DNA of 64,000 bases. Source: Dicyema japonicum (lineage: Eukaryota > Animalia > Dicyemida). This document shows, piece by piece, positions 37,410-49,241 of the stretch (within the stretch, counting starts at the first letter, position 1; every line of letters starts with the position of its first letter). The notes beneath the pieces are model-generated. The model was not told the DNA's origin and did not search any database. It saw only the letters and a list, made by a program, of their open reading frames with translations. Made by a program: the position numbers and the translations under genes. Location of the stretch: positions 1,627,546 through 1,691,545 of the forward strand of contig RDEW01000003.1 in NCBI GenBank assembly GCA_011109175.1, read 5' to 3'.

Positions 37410-38757
37410 TCAAGAATTCTATCATCAGACCGATATTGAAGGCTGGGAAACCAGAGACAGAACTTGCATCCTACAGGCCTATTTCCGTTACCAGCACACT
37501 GTCAAAAATTATGGAGAAACTTGTATTATCAGTCATTATTCCGTATCTTCCACGTCCTATATTTCAACATGGTTTCCTCCGCGGTAGGTCCACCGCTACA
37601 TACTTGGCAACCCTATCGCAGTTCATTGCCGACGGTTTTAATACCCACCCCCCTCCTCACAAACGCACAATCTTGGTTTCTATTGACATCAACAAAGCCT
37701 TTGACACTGTTTCGAGGAAAATCTGGTTGGAAAAATATTTTCTACTAATATTCATCCGAATGTGAAATTATGGCTGGCCAACTTTTTGTCTGGAAGACGT
37801 GGAAGAGTAGTCATTGGTGATCTCAGATCTAGATCACGATTACTACCGAACGGGGTACCCCAGGGGTCTCCACTTTCACCAATTCTATTCAACCTATTCC
37901 TACACGACCTACCTAATGATGGAGACGAAGATTCCCTGCTATTATCCTACGCAGACGATGTAGTCATTGCAATACGGAACCGCTCGACGCAAGTCGCATC
38001 CCTTAAAACTCAGACAAAATTGAATACTCTCCACGATTGGATTGTTGGCAATCGACTTACGATTTCTGCAACCAAGTCATCTGTTCCACTTTCACTTTGG
38101 ACCGTCGTTCCAAGGATGAACCGAGTATCTTTATTGGTCTTACTCGGATTCCAGTGACAAGTCCCCCACTGTCCTTGGAGTCAAGTACGACAGCCTTCTC
38201 AAATTCAACTCCCACGCAACAGACATGATTACCAGGGGCCTCCAGAAAGTTAACGTTATACGAGCAATTGTCGGAGGACCACGAGGAACATGGACTTTTC
38301 CGTTTCTACCCTCTACCAACAAACAATCGCGCCTGCCTTTGAGTATGTTCCGTTGCATGGAGATTCGCGCTATCGGAGTCTATGGTCCAAAGAATCAACT
38401 CGATACACCGGAAAACAATCAGTATGCTTTGCCCACGTAATGAATCAACAGTCGACCCACTACTCATGGAAGCTAAGATCCGTAGTCGTGGCTCCGGATT
38501 TCTTCGCGTCTGTGAGGAAGATGGAAATCCGCTTCGCCTGATCCTTTCCATTGCAAAAAAAACCGATTGGATAAGAAATTCCCCTCCCGATCGGATTCCT
38601 CTGCAAGACCGAGAGAAGGCTCTTCCGGAAAGTAGTGGGGACGATGGAAGATCACAGACGTCGAATGACACAATTGATTGCGAGGACTGGGATCACCTAA
38701 CTGTTTGACTCTTTTGTCTTTCTTTCTCGGTGTTCCCGGGGTTAAAAAAATTAAAAA
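37410..38757 (+). mobile_element. 5'-truncated Vingi-like LINE family D (RT + 3' end)
   Basis: PILKAGKP..SYRPISVTS, FQHGFLRGRST, PPHKRTILVSIDINKAFDTV, GVPQGSPLSP, SYADD; tail shared with the SINE. Confidence 0.92.
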
Positions 38758-38759
38758 AT

Positions 38760-39008
38760 AGTTTACAGAAAGAGTCCATCCGGAATCAACATAAATGGTA
38801 AAAGACGTCCATACTTGCAGTCGTGGAAACCCCTCCAGTGGAGTGGGGGAGAGCAAATAATCCTTTTTCGTGCCAGACAGGCACCGGGCGCCACCTGGAC
38901 AGATGGATCACATGACGCCACTCTAATAAAAAGAGAAAGGAGAAACAGACAAACAAACATAAAACTTAAACCAATTAACCACGCAGCACCACATGGCGCC
39001 ACGCGGCG
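38760..39008 (-). mobile_element. Vingi-dependent SINE copy S2 (3' end missing)
   Basis: Reverse complement aligns to 46110-46350. Confidence 0.9.
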
Positions 39009-39267
39009 TTAAAATATATTAATTTTTAAGTTCAATTATTGATTTTAAGTGCAACTTTTAGGTTGTCTAGTTATAATGAAGTTCCGCAATCACCAAACAG
39101 AGTAATCTTTTCCTTGAAGAAGCAATACTAGTTTAGTTTTATCTCGATCTTTCTTTACTGGGAGATCAAGTGCAAAAGTTTAACACGTATTTTTATGGTA
39201 ATTTGAAGTTTGTAATGTAAAATAATCAAAATCTTCAACTGTTCACAAAATTTGAGGAGAAAAAACA

Positions 39268-39440
39268 TGAATCCATCTAATCCGGGAAACACTCAGTGCC
39301 TGGACGACATCCAAAAAGATCCGTCTCTTCCCCACTCAACTGGAGAGGTTACCGTAAGTGTGATGTGAAAAGAATCTGTTTCACTCCGACTGAGGGAACA
39401 GAATAAAACCTCTTTCAGGTCTATGCGGTGTTAATAAAGA
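39268..39440 (+). repeat. old SINE-like element with degenerate head motif
   Basis: ...CAGTGCCTGGACGACATCCAAAAAGATCC...CTCTTCCCCACTCAACTGGAGAGGTT resembles the SINE and 21378-21545. Confidence 0.55.
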
Positions 39441-39471
39441 AAGAAGAAAATATTAGAATATCAACCAAAAC

Positions 39472-40128
39472 TCAATAATAGGGGACATCTACATAACTTG
39501 CTGTGGAAACAAGTATTTTGACCTCTTTTGTGGGTCTATCACCACTGTTTGTCTTGAGCTGACCAATAAGCTTTACAGTATCCTACAAATAAGAGGAAAC
39601 TTACCATCCCTCCAATGACCCTACCGAACACTACATGTCTTCCGTTCAGCCAGGGAGTAGCAACGAGAGTGATAAAAAACTGTGACCCATTACTATTTGG
39701 TCCACTATTGGCCATTGACAATATCCCTTCTTCACTATGAGTAAGCTTAAAGTTCTCATCGTCAAACATGGTCCCGTAGATAGATTTTCCTTGGATAACA
39801 TTATTAAGCAACCACCAGTCCCGTCAAACCTTGTGAAGTCCCCACCCTGAATCATGAAGTTATCGATAACTCGGTGGAAGATGGAGCCCTTGTAGGAGAG
39901 ATTGGGATACTTTGTTAATTATAAAAACATTACAGTGCTGTTTGCCAAATGAAAGAAATTTTCTGCAGTTTTCGGCACAGTTTTTCCGAAAAGTCCAATT
40001 TTGATTGTTCCGACGGACTTGCCCCCAACGCTGATTCCAAATTCAACCTAAATGCGTACAGTGAATACCTCGTGAGTTATTAGTGGTCTATGTAAAGCAA
40101 CTAATGACAGAAACAATAAACAGATCAT
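39472..40128 (-). CDS. PPIB: peptidyl-prolyl isomerase, cyclophilin B-like (signal peptide)
   Basis: [12 protein letters not shown] signal; [64 protein letters not shown]; introns 21, 24, 23, 22 nt. Confidence 0.9.
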
Positions 40129-40710
40129 ATGTTTATCAATGACACGTATTAAAAATCAATAATTATTATTAGAAAATTATTTTTATTATAAATATACAAT
40201 TTATTAAAATAAAATTTTTAGAAGAGGAGGGGAAAAAGAATGTGTGGGGTCACGGTCGGAGCATCGAGAAAAGATGGCCCGATTATCGAGAGATGCCGGG
40301 ATCACCTGAATATTAGTTAGTGGTTAAAGCAGTGTTTGGCTTAAATAATAGTAATAATAAAAATGTGGACTCGATGGAGGAACACCACGTAAAGTTGAGG
40401 CCGCTACATAGTCGCATCGGGATTACTTATCCTAATTAATTCTGTTCAACAGTGATCTTGGATTTAATAATAAACACATTAGTGACTGTTAGGAGACCCA
40501 GAAGATGTTTTAGCGACTACCTCATTCTTAGTATTATCCTACAATTCTTTTGATTATGAGTTAATAAATGCTAATGGAAGATCAATAGTTGCCGCCAATC
40601 AAAAGTAAATGGGACTAATACTGTTTCTAAGAACTATTGGATCGTTCTAGCTGTTCAGGCAATCAGTTCTCTTAGTAAATTATCCTATTTATCAAAATAT
40701 CACTGATAAG

Positions 40711-41770
40711 TAGAGCGATTTTTTTACTTTAAAAATACGTAATTTTGACCTAAAATTGACTTGTTTTTTTTATTTTTAATAAAAAAAACTTATTAACAGA
40801 AAATCTAGATTCCAGATAATTCTTAATTTTGCATAAATCGTTACTGAAATACAATTTTTGAATATGCTAGCAGCCTCTTCTAAGTAAGTTTTCTTTTGTC
40901 ATCTTTATCAACTTATAAACCAACATAGCAGATAAATTCTTCCGTAGTTCATTTTAATAGATTACTTCCAGCCATTTTTATATTAAAATTCCATTTCCAT
41001 CAAAATTATAGTTATTTTTTACTTCAATAAAATTTTACATAATATTCAACAATTTCAAGACAAATATTCTTTCTGACCAGAATTATTTTGGGTAGATAGC
41101 CAATTTATAAAATATTATAAAGAAATTTATTAGTGTATTCACATATATTTATATCGATTTCGTAGATCAAACCAATTTTTTTCAACTATATAACAAATGC
41201 ATTTAAAGAACTCAAAAATAGTTTTGGTCAAGTTACCCTTGGCATAAATTTTCTAAAATTTTTCATAGAAGGAAGAAAAAACGATATTTAATAACATCAA
41301 ACAAGTTTTGTAAGCTTTACTGTTCAATTTAAAATCATACTCGACTAAGCGTAGATTGAGAAAATCTAATATTTTTACAGTAGCACCAATGAAATGATAA
41401 ACCTGTAGTTTGAAATGTTTATTAGACAAAAGATTAAATAAAAAGCTGTTGTTAGAAAAATCGTGAGTTGATAGAAAACTCTCCAGGATATTTTCTAGTA
41501 ACAGTCCTAACCTATTCAAAGACCTTCCTGATTTGAATGCGGCATAATAGTTGACACGTTAGTATTTTATTCAAAAACTAGTAAAATTAATAAATAAAAA
41601 ATAAAAATCAATAGAATTTTTGACTTTGTTGACCTCAAAATAATTGACCTTTTTCGACTTTATAACTTTTGATTTATATTATATTTTTGATTAAAAATCA
41701 CATTTTAAGTTTTAAACAATTTTAAAGAACATATGATTTTTTGACTTTATTGAAAAAAATCGCTTATACA
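40711..41770 (-). mobile_element. internally deleted DUF659-type hAT-like element
   Basis: Terminal inverted AGCGATTTTTTT / AAAAAAATCGCT; flanking direct repeat CACTGATAAG (40701-40710, 41771-41780); weak protein similarity to 34450-35570 (FDGNGILI vs FEGGGILI). Confidence 0.55.
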
Positions 41771-42831
41771 CACTGATAAGTAACATTAAGATCTTTATCC
41801 ATGGTAATGTAGTTATCACCACAGACGATGCCCATTCCAAGGATCTGTCGAAACCAGAAAGTGACGAATGTACTTCCAGTTCAAATCAATCCAGTCCAAA
41901 AGTGAAAAAAACTTGGGAGACCATCCACCAGGATGTCACAAAGTGGTCTTGGCGAAAGTGAACTTAAAACGAAGCATTGGTTCTTCTAAAACATTGGCTT
42001 TGGGATCCTACAGTAGTGAGAATCTTCCAGCTAATTTGTTGATGGTTCCCTTCTTCTAATCAATTCGTCTCAGTAAGCGTACAACGCCTGAATAAGTATC
42101 AGAAATAATCATTTGCTATTTCCTACGCTATTGGATCATTTCTTGTAGGGGTCCCCACGACTGTAATTTTGGATGGACTTGTGTGTGTTTGGAAAAACCT
42201 GGCTCTCTGAGATTGCAATCGTGAGTACAGGATGCACTTTATTAGTAGTTAAATTTTCTGTATATAAGTGACAGAGGCATTAATTAATTCACCTAAATGG
42301 CAATATGGTGAATTCAATCAGATAATTTTTTAACTTCAAAGGAAATCCATTTACAATAATACGTACTTTAGATTTAACACTATAATCTAAAAGAAATTTC
42401 AAATAATTTTTATATCCAAAATGTTAAGAGTAAATTTTTTTTTTTTTTTAAGAGTAAATTAACGTTTGATTAGGTATATCCTGTTTCAATGGTCAGAGTG
42501 GCCTTGGGATCCTACAGTAGTAAGAACCCCTACAGCTAAACGACCTCGGGGTTTGGCTGTTTTCGAACCGACTTCTTATGTCAACCCATCCTGTGTGATA
42601 TGGGAGAAAGAAATCTTTTTCGATATTGATCAGGCATTGTGCGTTTTTTAAGATATGTCAGGGTTTGATTAATGCACAGAGCAGAACGTAATCCATCGAC
42701 TAGGTAAGTAACGGTGTAGGAATCAAATCCACTGCTAATCGCAAATCTAAAGACAGCACTGATACTAGATCAGTTACTTCTACATGTCGGTGCTCGACAA
42801 ACTCTCGTGTGTTTTCTTAACACAACCTACT

Positions 42832-43149
42832 TATTTATTTTTTTTATTTTATTAACCCCAAATACACTGAGAATAAAGTAAAAGTAAACAACTAATTAAG
42901 TGTATCCAGTTTCCACTTCTACAGAAACAGAGACCATCCGGAATCAGCATAAAAGGTAAGACGTCCATTACATGCAGTTGTGGAAACCACTCCAGTGAAA
43001 TGATCCATTTTCGTGCCGGCCTGGCACTGGGCGTCACCTAGACAGGTGGATCACATGACACCACTCTAATATGAAGAGAGAGGAGGAACAGAGAAGCAAG
43101 CAGAAAACTACAACCAATTAACCACGCAGCACACATGGCGCCACGCGGC
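42832..43149 (-). mobile_element. Vingi-dependent SINE copy S3 (full length, with TSD)
   Basis: Aligns to S4; flanked by TTCTTAA(AT)CACAACCTACT at 42814-42831 and 43154-43173. Confidence 0.92.
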
Positions 43150-44157
43150 TCGATTCTTAAATCACAACCTACTATACACAAGCTCTATCCCTTTCTTTCT
43201 TCCGTCTTATTAATACCCCCTATTATTAAAAAGGTTCGGGTATTAATAATCTAACTAGTAGTTCCCTTGTTGCTTCCGAAGTAGAGTTGACAAATTCCTT
43301 CAAATATTGTGCCCGATAGGATTCGAACTCAAGTATATTGCGTCCATAGTTTCTTTGTGAAACTTCATGTATCCAATGGTTCATGAGTCCACCATTCGTC
43401 CATCACAAGAGAAGAGGTTAATGAAAATTCCAAAGACCACGATAACACAAAACTAACTACTCATGCGATCTCGAGACGCTTCACCAGTGACATTATTTTG
43501 GCCCGATCCTCATCCATTAAGCTCACAAAACAACGTACCTGTGGTAGAACCGACTTCTCTTAGTTGAATTGGCACGACCTCAGTTCTTACGGGTTAAGGA
43601 TTCGAGGCGTTTTAGTAGAGTCCTTTCCGAAAGTCCATCTTATCTTCGATTTTCATGACATTTGTAAAGGAAATAAATAGACACTACAAGGCGAATGTGC
43701 AAGATATCTATGACTCTGTAAGATAGGGTTATTTCCGATCTTTCATAGGACATTAATTTAAAAATAATTGTACAATGATTACCAACTTAAATAATTATTA
43801 TATAAATGTATCGAAAATATAAATCAATTTTAGTTTAAATTATTAAACAGAATTTTAAAGTTAAACAGTTTAATGACTAATTAATCCGTCGAATAATAAA
43901 ACATATCGATTGGATGATCATTAATATCCTTTGAAAATCAAATGTCAAATTGATTTTACAATTTGTCTCGTTCCTTGGCGACTGTTGAATCCAAAAATCT
44001 CAAAATTTATATATGATTTATTATTTTATTTATTTAATAAAAGAAACAAAAATATTGTAATAAATAATATTTATATATAATTATAAATAAAATTAATTGA
44101 ATCTCCCGCCACTCACATATGACTTAAGTGAGCATTTAAAATTTAATTTTTAAGGTG

Positions 44158-44798
44158 ATGCTACAGGATTCTTACTTGCAATTTAAAATTATTATTGTTG
44201 GAAAACGGAGGAGTTGGAAAGTCCAGCCCTAATGCAGCGATATTGTAGTGGATATTTCAGCAAAATATACAAAAAGACAATCGGCGTAGATTTCTTGGAG
44301 AAACACATACAGTTTATCCCATATTGTCTATTATAGAATCGATGATAAGGATATCAGTCTATTTATGTGGGATACGGCTGGGCAGGAAGAATATCAGGCT
44401 GTAACCCGTGCCTATTATAGAGGTGCTCACGCAGCACTCGTGGTCTACTCTGTAACAGATAGGGATTCCTTCCTTGCTATTCCAATGTGGGTGAGACAAG
44501 TCAGAGATGAATTGGACGACATCCTCCTTATTATTGTCCAAAATAAAAGCGATCTAATGTTGGAAAGTAAAGTCACTCGTGAAGAAGGGAATTCCCTGGC
44601 TACACAGTTTGGCGTTTCCATGGTAATGACATCAGCAAAGGAAAACCAACACGTTGATGCTGGTAGGTTTATGCGGTTGTTGCAGTATTTCGTATTATGG
44701 CTGAGAAGTGTGTAGAGAGGCAACAGTATAAATATGAGAAACTTAAAAGGTTTGATTTGGCTGTTATGACTAGAGGAAGGGACAAATTGTGTGAATGA
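44158..44798 (+). CDS. RAB23: small GTPase Rab23
   Basis: IIIVGNGGVGKSS, YKKTIGVDFLEK, WDTAGQEEY, AYYRGA, VQNKSDL, TSAKEN; 1-nt frameshift after GKSS; C-terminus may extend to ~44883. Confidence 0.9.
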
Positions 44799-46109
44799 GC
44801 GTGAGTCCAATGGGTTTAAACTATCGTTTACCAATTATCGAAGGAAGTCGTCAAGATTCAATTCTTGCTTTAAATTTATTTAAAATATGTGCTTATTGTT
44901 AAAATTTACTGTGCTTTTAGATAGGATTTATTCGCTAGTGCTTGAATACTTAATATTTCTTGTTCATATCAGGCTGTGTATTTGGTGTAAGACCGATCAT
45001 CCATGTTGGAACCTGTTGGTCGGGAAAGAGGAGACGGAAAACGGCCGGGCAAGATTACAATATTCCGTTCGTAATCATGTGTACTCACTCCCTTTCTCCA
45101 TGAGCATTGTCACAAGTGTGGCAAACATGACGCAGAAAAGGCTGAGAAGTCTAAAAGAAAGAATACAAAGAGCTCCTGGACCAGTTCACTTTGAGCTATT
45201 GTTGCGACAACTGGTGTGTAATGTGTAAACAGGAGGGCGCTGTCTTTTCTCAAGAGACTCAGATGCCTGGCTACACTCAGTAGAGTCCTTGGAACCCACT
45301 GTCTCCTCCAGTTGTTTTTTGTTCATGTCTGCGAGATTATTTTTGATTGTGTTTGTTATTTTTGTGTGACTCTTACGTTGAAAGCAAACTTATATGTGAA
45401 AAATCCATGATATTTTTACTTTCATCTCGAACTTAATTCGTAATTTTGTTCAAAGAAATCTGGGGATGGTATCTTGCTCATAACCACTATAACATATGTT
45501 GTAATTGCTAAGAGAGGGGATATCATTTGACTTAAAAACTGAAAGTGCTATCTCGTCCTGGTTGGGGCATCATTCGGAGTACAGTAGATTCCCCGAATGT
45601 CTTGGAATTGTCATCGTTCACACCAATGTCCGCTGTCTCTTGGTAGTTGGTGCCCGATCTGTTTCTTTTGCCTAATATATATTTTTGTATTATTTTTAAA
45701 CGTAAATCAATCCAAAATGACCCCTGCCGACATAATAGACCTCTCACGATTGGAACAGAGATCAACTGAGATAGCCTCATGTGCTTCATAGCGTTTTGGT
45801 CTTAGTTTCTTTAGAAAACGAAGCGATTTCCAGCCTTTTCCTCATGTTGTCTATTCGTCTTAGTAATAAATTAACATTAAAAATAGGGATTAGTAATGTG
45901 ATGATGACTACAGATCAATACAATAAAACTAAGCAGTAAAACACTTTTAACATGCCAGATTTAAAAATAATTGTGATTTTAATTATAAATTGAATAATAT
46001 AATGTTTAGATATTAAAGAGATTAAACAAAAGACCGGAAATGTATCCTAGCCTTGTGGTCAAATTCTGATTCTATGAACCATCCCAAAGACCTAAAAAGT
46101 AATTTATTA

Positions 46110-46433
46110 GCCGCGTGGCGTCATGTGATGCTTCGTGGCTAATTGGTTCAAGTTTCTGTTTGTTCGTCTGTTACTCCTCTTTCTTCCTATTAGAGTGTCG
46201 TCATGTGATCCACCTGTCTAGGTGGCGCCCAGTGCCAGGCCGGCACGAAAAAGGATCATTTGCTCTCCCCCACTGTATTGGAGGGGTTTCCACAACTGCA
46301 AGTATGGACGTATTTTACCCTTTATGCTGAATATGGATGGACTCTGTTTCTGTGGAAGTGGAAACTGGATACACTTAATTAGTTGTTTACTTTAACTTTT
46401 TTCTCGGTGTATCCGGGGTTAATAAATAAATAA
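46110..46433 (+). mobile_element. Vingi-dependent SINE copy S4 (full length)
   Basis: Head GCCGCGTGGCGTCATGTGAT, internal structured motif 46197-46259, tail TTCTCGGTGTATCCGGGGTT-(AATA)n. Confidence 0.92.
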
Positions 46434-47875
46434 TCCCAGAGATCTCTCAGTCAGCCAGTAAACAATTCAGAACTTGAAATCTACTAAAACCCTCAGAAAC
46501 CTTGATACCAACAAGTTTCTGCGACGTCTTCCAAATATTGACGAATGCGAAGCTTCTCTACCGCAGGAAGTTTGTGTCCACTTGGCACACTTACGTTTTG
46601 GTCACCACGTGGATTTACGTTCGTATCTGTATAGAATATTGATGACCAGAATCGGTTAACCTCTTCTCTTGTCTGGATCCGCCTCTGAATTCTGCACAGA
46701 ACCAAATACATCTGTCAGAACTCTGGGACTGTGTGCTCTTGCCTGTGACGTTTTTGTTAGCCACGAGGGGTAAATAAATAATGAGCATTTATTTATTTTG
46801 TATGGCTTTAGCCCTAACAACTTCAACTCCCTCGATAACGTATTATACTACTTCAATAGTGTAATGCATGGGGTATGAGGACTTTTATCATAAGAAAACC
46901 AATCCATTTCACGAAGAAGTCTTATCTCCCAACCGACTCATTTAAGAAAGAAATAAATTGCTTAAAAGTCTAAAGATTCATTCCTGGGAAACCAAGGTGA
47001 GGATTCGGTAGAGATCAGAAACAAGGCCAAGATGAAACAGGAGAGGGTCTGGAATAACTTTTTGTCCACCTTAATCAAATAATCTACCTCCACAAGGATG
47101 TGGAATACTCTTCGGGCTTCACCAACACTGTGAGGACGCCTCCTTGCGAAGACCTGGAGAACAAGAACTTTTTAAAAAGATCATGGAGGTTTATTCAAAA
47201 ATTCTAACAGCAACAACATTCGGGTCCTTGCATATGCTAATAACATAATCCTGGCAACAAGAAACCAATGTTTTCACTCAGCGGGTTCCCGCTTACAAGA
47301 ATTACTGGACAACCTGAGCTGTTGGCTTGAGGAACCTACACACAAGTCCTGAAAAGTTTAGCACAATGATTCTTAAAAAAACTAACAAACTCGGCACCTT
47401 TTTGACTCTTAATAGAATGTCAAATCCCTACACAAACTCAATCAAATTACTGGGGATTACATACAACCCCCTTATGTCTTTCAGCAAATATGTCAGCAAC
47501 GTCGTTCCTCCTCCCGCTGAAAACTAAATTTTGTTAAACACTTCTTGGACATTATGTTTCTACTAAACATTAAGCCACCTTTATACGACAACATATCCTA
47601 TACGAACTTAAATAAAATTAATATCTTCCAAGAAACAGTCACGAGGGCCCTACAAAGTTCTCCTTCTCGCCACTAACGTCAACTCCGTTAGAGGAACTTG
47701 TTAGGAGAACGGAAGCCCGATTGCCATCTCCGAAATCCTGTAAAGTGTCCCGAACGTATAACAAGTGTTCTCGGACAAACACCGTGAAAGGATGAGGCGG
47801 ATGGTAAAGGAGGCCTGGATCACCTGACGGCCACCTATTCCATTTTATTTGTCGGTGATTCTTGGTTTTAAATAA
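46434..47875 (+). mobile_element. degenerate Vingi-like LINE fragments (two 3' ends)
   Basis: HLAHLRFGHH motif; LLGITYNPLMSF; terminal GGATCACCTGA and TAAA tail. Confidence 0.65.
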
Positions 47876-48179
47876 ACAAGGATATGTACATCAATTGAGA
47901 CTTTATTTTTTATGCATAATAAAATTTTTGAAAAAAATAGTTTGATGATGTAATGTCAAATCATGACAGAGGACCCACTACAAACTCGTGGATCAGCACT
48001 ATTAGTTTTATCTCCCATAATTATATTACAACCACTAGCATTATTACTTTGGGGGACTATCCATATTTTCTTTATTTTCTAGTATTTTCGAATCCATGTC
48101 AGGTTCTGACTGAACCAATCGACTATCTCGAATTGTAGCATTATAATGGCATTAAATCAAGGAAACTGCAGTTAAGATG

Positions 48180-48330
48180 ATAGTCAGTGTATCCAACACT
48201 TCTTTTTTCGGATTTCAGATATCTCCTGAGTCCGTCACCTCGTCCATGTTCACGATAAGAAAGAAGACGTGGGTTTTCATTCGTCATGAAGCGAAAAAGA
48301 CATTTTGTCCATTAGAGGTACTGCCTCATG
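48180..48330 (-). mobile_element. mariner-like transposase fragment; homologous copy at ~51015-51130 (+)
   Basis: DNA similarity between the two copies; RIMMDE reminiscent of the mariner first catalytic D. Confidence 0.4.
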
Positions 48331-48554
48331 ATTTTGAAAATTTTTGATTTAATGGACTAAATTTATATCAAAATATTTCATGGTAAAATTATTTAAAATT
48401 GTTTTATTTTATATCTTGTCAATCTCTTCCAGACTTTAAGCACCATAATTAATTAAAATAATATATTCTAAAAACATTGTTAGACTGGCGTCAAAAAAGA
48501 TCTATCAGTTCAGGAGGTGTTCAATGACAGATATGGATGGACTTGATGCTTGGA

Positions 48555-48622
48555 ACTTCCCTAAGACCGGGGTCTGAATCTATTTTTACATTTAAATGTC
48601 AATTAATCTCAGAAAGTTTACT
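48555..48622 (+). repeat. ~70-bp repeat, second copy at ~37298-37368
   Basis: CCCTAAGACCGGGGTCTGAATCTATTTTTACA(A)TTTAAATGTCAATTAATCTCAGAA. Confidence 0.8.
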
Positions 48623-49241
48623 CTTAGTAAAAAATTGAAAACTCTCAAAAAATAATTATTTTCTCTTAAAAAAGCAATTACAAAAATTGATTAAACAGTG
48701 ATATCTCCCCAATCGGTAATTGTAGGAGACTTAAATAATAAAGTGAATGGGAGAGTTGGATAAATTGAGCTAGGGTACTCAGGAAGCATGATCTTGTTAT
48801 ACCAAAGCTCGTCAAAAAATATTGATTAAATAATAATTTTTGTCATTTTAGAATCTCAATGACATTTTGAGATTATCTAAACGTTTTTTTGATATCTAAA
48901 AGCCACTTAATGACAGATTATTATTATTTTTCAGTTCATTGGGCAAACACAATGTCATAGAATATCGCTTACTGTGCCTCATGACATCTCCAAGATAATC
49001 CCCGAATCTACTCAAACACGTCATTGTCCAAAAGATTTTAATTCTTGGTGAACGCCTAACAAGTTTACCAAAAAATAATCCCGAATTATGTGCGGGGTAG
49101 TTAATCCGAGTCCTCCCTCGTGGCTTGGACATTTAACACTGACCTTCCCCCTTAATTTCTCATGATTTTACAGAGTCCTTCGAATTACGGCTCCGTTGAT
49201 TCGGCAGTATATAATCCACGCGACGGATAGCGCACAGAGAA

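Noticed and set aside
41820-42740. Two segments sharing GGC(T/C)TTGGGATCCTACAGTAGT as a host gene
   Set aside because: Stops in all frames; the CRIP(K/R)P motif weakly suggests RTE 3' remnants; too degraded to call.
46197-46259. Calling the motif a canonical HDV ribozyme
   Set aside because: P1 is 6 bp, L3/P1.1 lack CC/GG, the catalytic C is ambiguous and upstream sequence is retained; kept only as a candidate.
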